A stretch of 64,000 bases of DNA from Methanobacteriota archaeon (GTDB lineage: Archaea; Thermoplasmatota; Thermoplasmata; SG8-5; JAGLSY01): NCBI GenBank assembly GCA_020696385.1, contig JAEHCQ010000001.1, positions 608,001-672,000 on the forward strand. Reading direction: 5' to 3'. Positions 38,770 through 48,700 of the stretch are shown piece by piece. Positions within the stretch are counted from its first letter, which is position 1. Every line of letters starts with the position of its first letter. A program made the position numbers and the translations under genes. The notes beneath the pieces were generated by a model. That model ran no database searches, was not told the origin of the DNA, and worked only from the letters and a program-made list of their open reading frames with translations.

Positions 38770-41165
38770 CATCATGGAAAGTTAGATTATTAGCCGCCTC
38801 ATATTCAAGAAGGGACGATGTCACTGTTGAATTATTCGGCAGGACGGATACAGGTAAGTCCATCACTGTCAGGTATAATGGCTTCAAACCTTATTTTTAT
38901 CTGGTCGAGCCCACTGTTGGAGTACTATCTGGCCTGAGATCCGATGACGTGGTTTTGGATGTGGAAGATAATATCGAACTATTCTACAATGGTGGACAAA
39001 GAAGATGTGCCAAAGTGACTATAAAATATCCCTGGATGGTCCCGGATTACAGAAAAAAATATTTTCCACCAACCGTACTGGCAGCGGATATCCCCTTCCA
39101 TCACAGATTCATATATGATATGGATCTGGGAAGCTGCTTCGAAGTGGAAGGCAGTGAGGTGGAGACGAGCATGTACACCACGGATTTGGTGGTCGATGCT
39201 AAGGAATTCAAGGTCACTGAAATATTCAAGCCAGCACTCAAAATATTTAGTTTTGACATTGAGAACAGTATCGCGACCAAGGAGATCTACACCATATGTT
39301 ATTCCATATCCGCTACTGGAAGTTCAGATATCGTAAATTACAGCATCGTTGGTAATGAAAAGAGCATACTCCAAGACTTTGCAAATGTCATAAAAAGAGA
39401 GGATCCGGATATAATAACCGGATACAATATCGATGGGTATGACATCCCCATGGTCCTTGAAAGGGCTGAAAAGCACAAGGTGAAGGTTGACATTGGTAGG
39501 AACTTCAACGAATTAAGGGCCGTGGGAGGGCGATTCTGGCGTTTGAATGGCAGGATCATAGCCGACGCTTGGTGGAATGCTAAACAAGAGCTGAGGCCGA
39601 AGAAAGAGACCCTTAACGCGGTCGCTATGGAATATCTCGGAGAGAAAAAGCACGATGTCAATCCTATCAATATAGATCAGGAATGGGCGGATGACAAAGA
39701 TAAAGTTATCAAATACTGCAAGAAGGATGCGGAATTGGCCTTGAAGATTCTACAATACATTGCTGTTATAGAAAAAGGAATGGACCTTGCCACAGTGGCT
39801 AAACTTCCATTGGACGATGTGGTCAATGGTCGCACGTCCACACTGATAGATTCAATTTTGATAAGAGAGGCAGATCGGAACAAGATCGGAGTACCAGTGA
39901 CATCCGGGCATAAAAAGACCTCCAAGATAGAAGGAGGGTATGTCCACACCATCGATCCTGGATTGTATGAATGGGTGTGCGTGCTGGATTTCAAATCCAT
40001 GTATCCCAGCCTGATAATTGCCAAGAACATCTGCTTCACCACCCTTAGCCCTGAAGGCACGATAAAAAGCCCAGAGCCAGGGGTCAGCTACCTTGACAAG
40101 GGAACATATGAAGGATTACTACCCCAGGTTCTTGAAAAACTGATGGCGGAGAGGGATGATACAAAGATAAAATTGAAAAATGCCACCACGGAAGAGGAAA
40201 AACGATACTATGATGGATTGCAGTTTGCGATCAAGATACTCATGAACGCCTTCTATGGTGTGTTCGCATCCGCTTTTTACAGGTTCACCAATCCCAAGAT
40301 CGGAGCCAGTATAACCGGCTTCGCCAGGGAGAACACAAAGGGTATAATCAACCAACTGGAATCCGAAAATCTGAAAGTCGTTTATGGCGACACGGATTCC
40401 GTATTCTTCCAATCACCAGGCGACACAATGGATGAAGCTGTGAAGATCGGAAAATCAGTTGCCGAAAGATACTCTAAAGAAGGTGCGATACTGGAATTCG
40501 AAGGAATTTACCATCCGCTTTTCTCGCATGGGGCCAAGAAGCGATATGTGGGAAAAGTTATCTGGCCTGAAGAGAAAGTGGTTATTCGAGGCTATGAGAC
40601 CAGAAGAACAGATTCCTTCACACTTCAGAGTGAGGGATTGACCAAGGTTTTCGATCTCATATTGGCACAGGAAACCGATGCCGCAGTACGCCTGGCAAGG
40701 GATATTGTCACGGACACCCTCAATGAAAAAACACCTGTTCAGGATCTTGTAATATCGAGATCCTGCAAGGAATTCAGAGCTTACAAGGATCCGGATTCAC
40801 AAACAACAGTACAGACCGCGAAAAAGATGATGGCAATGGGCTTCGAGTTCGTTCCGGGAATGAAAGTATCCTGGATAGTGACGGATGGAAGTAGATCACC
40901 TATAGAGGCAGAACCTTTCATAGATGGCAAGGAATTCACCCACAAACCTGATTATAATTATTATGCAAGGAGAATGGCAATGACATTCTCCCGTATCACT
41001 GAGGTGTTTGGATGGGATATGAAGAGCCTGATGACCGGGAGCCAGCAGAAAACACTCTTCGGAGAGGGGGGCTTTGGTGATGGCGGTAGCGAGCCATCGG
41101 CCAAGAAGGAAAAGGTCGAGGTCAAAAAGACGGATAAGAAGCTGACACTGGACGACTTCTTATAA
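38766..41165 (+). CDS. polB: Family B DNA polymerase
   Basis: Exo FDIE, GYNIDGYD, YCKKD; Pol LDFKSMYPS, KILMNAFYG, YGDTDS, KKRY. Confidence 0.95.
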   Translation: MTSWKVRLLAASYSRRDDVTVELFGRTDTGKSITVRYNGFKPYFYLVEPTVGVLSGLRSDDVVLDVEDNIELFYNGGQRRCAKVTIKYPWMVPDYRKKYFPPTVLAADIPFHHRFIYDMDLGSCFEVEGSEVETSMYTTDLVVDAKEFKVTEIFKPALKIFSFDIENSIATKEIYTICYSISATGSSDIVNYSIVGNEKSILQDFANVIKREDPDIITGYNIDGYDIPMVLERAEKHKVKVDIGRNFNELRAVGGRFWRLNGRIIADAWWNAKQELRPKKETLNAVAMEYLGEKKHDVNPINIDQEWADDKDKVIKYCKKDAELALKILQYIAVIEKGMDLATVAKLPLDDVVNGRTSTLIDSILIREADRNKIGVPVTSGHKKTSKIEGGYVHTIDPGLYEWVCVLDFKSMYPSLIIAKNICFTTLSPEGTIKSPEPGVSYLDKGTYEGLLPQVLEKLMAERDDTKIKLKNATTEEEKRYYDGLQFAIKILMNAFYGVFASAFYRFTNPKIGASITGFARENTKGIINQLESENLKVVYGDTDSVFFQSPGDTMDEAVKIGKSVAERYSKEGAILEFEGIYHPLFSHGAKKRYVGKVIWPEEKVVIRGYETRRTDSFTLQSEGLTKVFDLILAQETDAAVRLARDIVTDTLNEKTPVQDLVISRSCKEFRAYKDPDSQTTVQTAKKMMAMGFEFVPGMKVSWIVTDGSRSPIEAEPFIDGKEFTHKPDYNYYARRMAMTFSRITEVFGWDMKSLMTGSQQKTLFGEGGFGDGGSEPSAKKEKVEVKKTDKKLTLDDFL

Positions 41166-41231
41166 ACACTGGGATATTCGTCAATGGATGACTTTTTGTA
41201 ATTGAGACAAAATAGAGACTGGGGAACATAT

Positions 41232-44200
41232 TCATGTTGCATCAAGGTTCATCATAGCTTTACGGCACTTCTCCACCCATAATTTCATGTCCATTTCATC
41301 AAACATTGATAGAGCTTGCTCCACATACTCATGAGCCATATCGAGCTCACCTTTTATCATGTACAGTAAGGCATATTCATAGATGAGCTTAGCCAGCTCC
41401 CTTCTGTATCCTATCTCATCCATGATGTTCTTGGCTTTTTCAAATTCCTCTTCCGCCTTGCTGTAATTTCCCATATCCCTATGAGCCATACCTAGTATAC
41501 GACGGCTCTTACCCTCTTCACGTTGGGACATGGTCTCTATGGAGTTCGCAACAGCTTTCTCCGCATTTTCAAGAGAGTCTTGAGCCTTGCCAAGATCTAT
41601 GTATACTTCGGCAAGACCACAATATGGATATATGGATTCTATTTTATCACCTATTTCCAAAAATATCTTCAAACTACGCTCGTGGAATTCAAGAGCCTTG
41701 GCCAGATCACCCATTGAATGATGAACATTACCTAATCTGATAAGCACTCGGGCAACACCGTGTTTGTCCCCTATGCTTTCCCTTATTTCTAGACTTTGCT
41801 CATAAAGCTTCAGAGACTTGGCCAGATCACCCATTGAATGATGAACATTGCCGACATTGTTCAGGGACAGCGCGATGCCCCATTTATCACCTATTGATTC
41901 CATAATATCAAGGCCATTCTCATAAAATTCCAGTGCCTTTTGCAAATTTCCTGTGAAATTATGCACATTGCCAATATTGCTCAATGACAGTGCGGTGCCT
42001 TGTTTGTCCCCTATCCTCTCTTTTATCTCCAGGCTGCGCTCGTAGAACTCCAAAGACTTGGTCTGCTCCCCCATCTCGTAGTACACTAAGCCCATATTGT
42101 TCAGGGCAGCTGCAATGCCCTGTTTGCCCCCTATCTTTTCCATTATTTCAAGGCAGTTACCAAAATACTCCAATGCCTTGGCCATATTGCTCATAGCATG
42201 GTGCACGTTGCCGATATTGTTCAATGTGGACGCGATACCATGCTTGTCCCCTATTACTTCCATTATCTTCAGGCTTTTCTCATAAAATTCAAGACTATTA
42301 TCATAGTCACCTTTGTACCAGTGAATATTCCCCACAGCTCTGAGCGCATTGCCGACATCCTTCTGGTCTATGCCAGTGTTCTCCGATATCTTTATGGCCT
42401 CTAGAAGTTGAGGCATGGCCTTGTCAAAATCACCCTTTCTCAAATATGGATTGGCCTCATTCATCAATATCCTGGCATATTCCGCAGATCCCTCTTTCAC
42501 CACTTCTTTAGCCTTAGCCAGTATTTTCAAGGCTTCATCAAACTCACCTTTATTTACATAAACATCTCCGATCTTCCTCAATAACCTGGCCTTGACTCCA
42601 TCACTGTCAGTGGCCTCTAATGCGGTATTGAAAAGTTCTAATGATTTAGTATAATTACTGGTAATCGTACTAACACTTCCCATCCTTTCCAAAAGGTCCA
42701 ATCTTTTTCCTTGATGATCATCTATTGATCTTATTTTCAAGAGAGAAGCGAGTGAATCGTCATAAAAGCTAATCGCTTGCTCCAAAGCAAATATATTCTC
42801 TGCTTTCTCACCAGCTCTACAGCAGTACTCGAAACCTTTTTTATGTTCATTGGATCTGGAAAAATATTTGGCCAGATCATAAAGAACCTCTTCTGTCCTA
42901 TTCATATAGGCTATTTCATAATATTCCCCAATACTCTTGTTATAGGACGATTTCCACCTGTCACTGATATCCTTGTATATGATATCCTGGAAGATCGCAT
43001 GGCTGAATTCAGTGATATCATCATTTGAAATAATAATACCACTGTTTTGTAATTTTTTAAATGCCTGGGTAGGATCTTGAACTGCCTTGATAGACATCAT
43101 GATCCGGGTATTGAAGGCCCTTCCAATGCACGATGCATATTCTGCAAGGGCCATGGTCTCGGGGTCAAGATTCTCCAGTCTTCTTTGAATCACTTCATCC
43201 ACCGAGCCAGGTATGGAATAATCCTGGCTGATGATAATGGCACTTCCCCCATCAGTGGAGACATTTCCATCCAGTTTCATCTGTCGTAGAAGTTCTATCA
43301 CGAAGAATGGATTACCATCACAAGCACTGGAGAGGTGTTCTATGAATGATTCGGGAAATTGATGGCCTGGGTACATGGCTTCTACAAGAGATGACACATA
43401 CGTATTCTCGAGTTTGATTAAGGGCAAGAGCACGAAGCTTCCTTCCTTGCTCATGGCCTCCATAGTTGTTTGGAGGGCAATACCTTTTTCCGGTCTTAAG
43501 GTTCCCAGGATCATGATATTCTCGGTCATGATATTTCTAGATAGATAATTCAATACAAATAATGAGGATTCGTCTGCCCAGTGAAGGTCCTCCAGCAAGA
43601 GGATCAAAGGCCTTTCCCCAGATACCGACCTGAGAAGCTCCAATACTTCATCAGCTATCCTTATCCTCTCATTTTCCAACTTCACTCCTTCGAGATCTCT
43701 CCGTATTAGGAATTTGATATCGGCCAGTGATGATATCTTCTCCTGGATCTGAGATATTTTACCCATATTCCCGGACCAGGATTCAAGGATCTCCCCATAT
43801 TCTTCCTCTATTGAATTTACAGCAGCTTTGAGCATTATCTTCATGTCCGGGTGTTCATTACCCTTGAACATGGTAGTGAGATATAGATGGGGGCCATGTT
43901 CAATCATTATCTTCATATCACCATATTCCAATCGTCCCAATCCAGACTTTTGCTTACCCACGATACCGAATGAGTCTTTGATAAAATCCTGGACTGCTGA
44001 AAGCATACCTGCAAATATATCCGCATCGAGATCATTGTCAGTGGACGATGCCTGGGCAATAAGAATACCTGATCTATCTATGGCAAATATTGCGGCGAAT
44101 GAATTGTATTCTTGATCCCGAATAAGAGGATCTGCAATTTCATTTTCGAGGGCTTTGGAAAATGTTAGAAAAGGGTGTATGGTGTCGGAAGAACTGGACC

Positions 44201-44399
44201 CTGTCAATATCTTCACATCTTTGGCCTCAGCATGAAGTAGGAATTCATCAACAAGCCTGGTTTTACCAATTCCAGCCTCACCAGATATAAGAATTGTTGA
44301 CCCTTTTCCAAGGATCGCGTCCTCAAGATTTACTTTCAATAGATCTAATTCATCTTCCCTACCGATCAATTGGATTTGTTGTGGATGAAGAACTTCCAT
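41232..44399 (-). CDS. Paralogous STAND-type ATPase with inserted longin/roadblock-like domain and TPR array
   Basis: LIGREDE, GEAGIGKT, LEDLHWAD, GNPFF; same insert; 40-aa TPRs (LNNIGNVH). Confidence 0.82.
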   Translation of the reverse strand: MEVLHPQQIQLIGREDELDLLKVNLEDAILGKGSTILISGEAGIGKTRLVDEFLLHAEAKDVKILTGSSSSDTIHPFLTFSKALENEIADPLIRDQEYNSFAAIFAIDRSGILIAQASSTDNDLDADIFAGMLSAVQDFIKDSFGIVGKQKSGLGRLEYGDMKIMIEHGPHLYLTTMFKGNEHPDMKIMLKAAVNSIEEEYGEILESWSGNMGKISQIQEKISSLADIKFLIRRDLEGVKLENERIRIADEVLELLRSVSGERPLILLLEDLHWADESSLFVLNYLSRNIMTENIMILGTLRPEKGIALQTTMEAMSKEGSFVLLPLIKLENTYVSSLVEAMYPGHQFPESFIEHLSSACDGNPFFVIELLRQMKLDGNVSTDGGSAIIISQDYSIPGSVDEVIQRRLENLDPETMALAEYASCIGRAFNTRIMMSIKAVQDPTQAFKKLQNSGIIISNDDITEFSHAIFQDIIYKDISDRWKSSYNKSIGEYYEIAYMNRTEEVLYDLAKYFSRSNEHKKGFEYCCRAGEKAENIFALEQAISFYDDSLASLLKIRSIDDHQGKRLDLLERMGSVSTITSNYTKSLELFNTALEATDSDGVKARLLRKIGDVYVNKGEFDEALKILAKAKEVVKEGSAEYARILMNEANPYLRKGDFDKAMPQLLEAIKISENTGIDQKDVGNALRAVGNIHWYKGDYDNSLEFYEKSLKIMEVIGDKHGIASTLNNIGNVHHAMSNMAKALEYFGNCLEIMEKIGGKQGIAAALNNMGLVYYEMGEQTKSLEFYERSLEIKERIGDKQGTALSLSNIGNVHNFTGNLQKALEFYENGLDIMESIGDKWGIALSLNNVGNVHHSMGDLAKSLKLYEQSLEIRESIGDKHGVARVLIRLGNVHHSMGDLAKALEFHERSLKIFLEIGDKIESIYPYCGLAEVYIDLGKAQDSLENAEKAVANSIETMSQREEGKSRRILGMAHRDMGNYSKAEEEFEKAKNIMDEIGYRRELAKLIYEYALLYMIKGELDMAHEYVEQALSMFDEMDMKLWVEKCRKAMMNLDAT

Positions 44400-44492
44400 T
44401 GCACATGTGATATGATCGAAGAAGTAAAAGGGTTTCTAAAAAAGAATTAGGGTCAGTATTTCATTGTGATCTAGACTGATTATCATCTCCCT

Positions 44493-44687
44493 TCACAACT
44501 TCCAGGCTTCAGCGAACTTCTCAAATGATCTGTCATAGGTCTTTTCAGCATCATTCGGAAAGCAGCAAGCTGGCAACTGCCTCATCTTCAGATGGTATGG
44601 TAGGCACTCACAACACATGCCTTTACGGCTGCAGCCAGGGTATGAGCAATTGCAATTCTCTAAGTTAATTTCTTTTTTACATTCCAT
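44493..44687 (-). CDS. Small Cys-rich protein (DUF6485-like)
   Basis: CNCSYPGCSRKGMCCECLPYH...LPACCFP. Confidence 0.75.
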   Translation of the reverse strand: MECKKEINLENCNCSYPGCSRKGMCCECLPYHLKMRQLPACCFPNDAEKTYDRSFEKFAEAWKL

Positions 44688-44797
44688 GATATGATAATAA
44701 ATAACTGGCTATATTAACTTACGCTTGGGAGGATGATGTATATGGATCATAGCACGGATGTTCAAACTTATATATGCCAAAATCAATACCATACTTG

Positions 44798-45193
44798 ATG
44801 TACAGGATACCAAAGAGTGGCCAGGTCATTGTCGCCATAAGGGATGTGATGGCCAGGTACAAGGTGGTCAATTCACAGAAAAAGCTTAAGGAATTAGTAG
44901 AGAGAGAATTGAACCAGAACAATGAGAACTTCAAGGTCGGAGGAGCTAGAATGAGGTTACTGGCCATCAATACAGGCATTGCTCATGTGGAAGTACATTG
45001 TAAGGAAACGGAGCAGGAGAAAGAGCCTCTGTCCAGCTGCCCCGTGTGTGGTTCCAAACTGAAGAAATCAAAGAACCAGACAGTCTTCGGTGGAACAGTG
45101 ACGCTGGGTCATACCTGCCCAACCTGCACATACTGGACGGGGATGAAAAGGCGGGTGCCGACCCGTTATGTTTTCAATATCAAGAGGAGGTAG
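44798..45193 (+). CDS. Conserved hypothetical protein with C-terminal Zn ribbon
   Basis: CPVCG...CPTCTY; basic; start uncertain (44774 or 44798). Confidence 0.7.
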   Translation: MYRIPKSGQVIVAIRDVMARYKVVNSQKKLKELVERELNQNNENFKVGGARMRLLAINTGIAHVEVHCKETEQEKEPLSSCPVCGSKLKKSKNQTVFGGTVTLGHTCPTCTYWTGMKRRVPTRYVFNIKRR

Positions 45194-45199
45194 AGAAAT

Positions 45200-45619
45200 A
45201 TGCATGGAAAAATAGAGGATAAATTCATCGCATTGAAGCTGGACGATGGAGAAGAATTGTTCGAATGCTTGGAGAAAGCCATTACCGAATATGACATAAA
45301 ATCGGGAATGATAGTTTCTGGGATCGGTATGCTGGCTGACTTCGAGATTGGCTTCTTCAAAGATGGTGGTTATGATTGGGCGGTTTATGATCGGCCTCAC
45401 GAATTGGTGGCCATGCATGGCAGTATCTCGACCAAGGATGAGATCATGATCCATCTCCATGTTGGACTTGCAGGTTCGGATCACAAATTATTGGGAGGGC
45501 ATCTGAAAAGAGCGAAAGTATGTGTTCTCAATGAGATCCTGATACTGAAATTCGATGATGTGGAATTCAGCAGAGTGTTCAATCCCCGATCGGAGCTCAA
45601 AGAGCTTGAGATCAGCTAA
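45200..45619 (+). CDS. PPC/DUF296-domain protein
   Basis: KLDDGEEL, SGIGML, HLHVGL, GGHL. Confidence 0.85.
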   Translation: MHGKIEDKFIALKLDDGEELFECLEKAITEYDIKSGMIVSGIGMLADFEIGFFKDGGYDWAVYDRPHELVAMHGSISTKDEIMIHLHVGLAGSDHKLLGGHLKRAKVCVLNEILILKFDDVEFSRVFNPRSELKELEIS

Positions 45620-45659
45620 TTATCAATAGGCAAAATATATAAATACCAAAAGTAGAGCC

Positions 45660-45692
45660 ATTAACTATAGTTTATAACTATTTATTTATATA
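45660..45692 (+). promoter_or_regulatory. ATTAACTATAGTT motif and TTTATATA box upstream of surface protein 2
   Basis: 13-bp identity with 98-110. Confidence 0.5.
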
Positions 45693-45748
45693 GCTATACT
45701 ATCCGAGTGTTATAGAGAGAGTATCAGTTAAAACAGGAGAGTTTGACT

Positions 45749-48700
45749 ATGATAAGGAAGGTATACGCAATATTGATATCGCTAGCAATGGTGAGTGTAG
45801 TGTTCATGAACATGGTGGTTCTAGGAGCCACAGTACCTCCACCGCCAGATGATATTACAAATGGAGATCAGTTCATCGAGGGTGATTGGGTTGTCACTAC
45901 ACCTGATGACTATTTTGAGAATGAGAATATATATTTGACAGGGAACCTGACAATACCAGCAGGCGAAACCCTGACACTCGTCAATACGACGATATTGATG
46001 AACTGCTCATTCATAGGCCAGTTCCACATAGAGGTTCAAGATGGAGGGACACTCATTATGCAGGATGGGGGAGATGGCTTCATGCCCACAGATATAATGG
46101 ATTCCGATGCCTCACAGCTTACTGTAAATAATACGAACTTCAATGCGTACTTCTGGATTAGACAGAATGCGGTTGTTGACATCCAGAACAGTATTGTCGA
46201 CAATATGGGAGACATTAGCACTCTCAATGGGGAAATGATCGGTGCAAATAATGCTGAGCCAGACTTCGCAATCTGGGCTACGATCACAGATGGAACATTC
46301 GGTGTCTCCATTGATGGTAACTATGCGGATATCGGACCTATTGATTTCACTGGTGTTACCAGCATGAACGATGTCAGATCCCGAATACAGACAGCTATCC
46401 AGGCGATTGGCACTGGCGGTTTTACAAATGCTCAGTGTAATTGGGATGGGAATTCATTCGCAATAACATCCGGAACCGACATTTCATTGAATATCATGGA
46501 ATCATCCGTCAGTGCTCTGGTCACCAACAGCGGTGCCAATGGTACGGACATATCCGGCATCATACCATCATCATACTCTGCAATATTAACTGGTGGCCTG
46601 GCAGTGGATTCCAATCCAGCAAACTGGGCTCCCATTGTCGATGGTAATTTCACAATCACCATAGACGGGGATGCACAGAACATAGGGCCTATTGATTTCA
46701 CCGGAGTTGCAACAATGCTCGATGTGGCCAACCGTATTCAAACAGGATTACAGACAATTGGTACTGGGGGATATATTGGAGCCACTTGTGTTTGGACAGG
46801 TGTGAATTTCATAATCACCTCTGGAAACATCGACCCAGCTCCTACCATAACCGTTCTTGGAACTCCTGGCTTGGGAACTGATCTTTCAGTGCTTACTGAT
46901 TGCGGGGCAAGTGGAATAGTCACAACACCACCAGTTTACTGGTGGATGGACTCCGCAGCTAATGGGATGGAGCTCCCGGTTTTCGAGAGCAACACCGGAA
47001 TTTACATTCAATCAGACAGTGTGGTCATAGAGAACTCAATGATATTTGATAACTACAATGGCCTGATATTCGACAGCTGCTTCCCAGCTTCTCTGGCTTC
47101 CACCATGATTGCTGGCAATGATGGATTCGGTATTGGGATTGGCAATATGACCAATCCTGCCTATGTTGTGAATGGAATTATCAATGATGTTATGTTGTTC
47201 AGCAACACTGGCTCTGGAATCGAGATAGCGGTTCAGGATGTCGTAATAGAGATGTACAATATACATGCTGATGACAACAACCATGGTGTGGAGATAATTT
47301 CCTCCAACACCATCGATGCCACAGTGTATGACTCGATCTTGGAGAACAGTGGCTTCGTAGGCCTTTATCTGAATGCCATGGACACCATGGTGTGCGACAT
47401 AGACAATGTCAACACATCATTCGGAGGTCATGGTATGTACCTTTACGCAGAGAACGCCCTGAATGCCATGATAAGTGATTCCGACATTTGGGGGAACAAT
47501 GCAGACCTATGCGCGTGGCCTGGACCTGCGCCTGCTGCGGCCATGTATCTTGATACTAATAATGGAGAACTTACAGCCATCGTGGAGAGAAACACCATAG
47601 TTGAGAACTGGGGTGTTCAAGATGGAGGCGTTGTGGCCATTGGTATTGATGGGCCTTGGGGTTCACCATCCTCATCCAACACTACATTGACCTTCACTGA
47701 CAATGTCCTTATCGGGAATGGGGATAAATCCACTGGATCGATGATCAACAATTTCGGAGCACAGAACATATTGGATATCGATATGACAGGCAATTATTTC
47801 AGTGGCTCGGATAACTTCAACTGGGCCGAGAACCTGTACATGTATTCCAATGGTAATCTGGAATTGAACTTCGTTGACAATGTAATGGATTGCAATGGGG
47901 ATAAAAACTGGATGGTCCTATGGTATCTGTTATACATCTATGCTGATGATTTTATGAATGTGACCATGAATGATAACTCCTTTGATATCAACCATAGACA
48001 CGTGGACGGGGCTTCTTTCAATGTAGAAGCTGGAGAAACAATGAACTTTGACTTCGTAAACAACATTGTTTATGATGAGTCGGATAGTTCCAACAATAAT
48101 GATGGGGTATTCTACTTTGAGTCAAATAATGGTGATGTTAACCTCAATTTCCAGGAGAGTACTATATATTGTGATATCGATGGGAGCTATATGGATGCAA
48201 TAGTTTATGGTTATGCTGGTGGAGATATGAGTGCATCTTTCATTGATTGCACAATTGGAGGAGAATTTGATTCATTATATCATATATTCTGGTTCAGTGG
48301 GAATGAAAATGCAAGCATAACCTTTGAGAATATCATGGTGGACGTTGATTGCAACGAAGTTCACGAGGGATTGTATATAACTGCGAATGATGTCTTGGAT
48401 GTTACTATAACTGATTGCTTCATCTACATATACAGTGATTCTCTTAAAGAGGCATTCTACTTTGAAAATGCAGACACCATCAATGCCAACTTCATAAGGA
48501 ATGCCATATCATTTACAAATGAACCTGATATGTGGGATTCATTCTATATCAGGAATTGTGAGGATATCAATGTGATCATCATGGATAATTATATTGAGTT
48601 CGATGTGGGTTCATTTCCATACTCATATGAGGGATCTGCCTTCCACTTCGAATGCTCCAACAATCTCACTGCCATAATAAAAAATAATTATCTACCGATA

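Noticed and set aside
38766-41165. PolB as a casposon or viral polymerase, or intein-containing
   Set aside because: Normal-length cellular-type PolB with contiguous motifs; no cas1, terminal repeats or intein signatures
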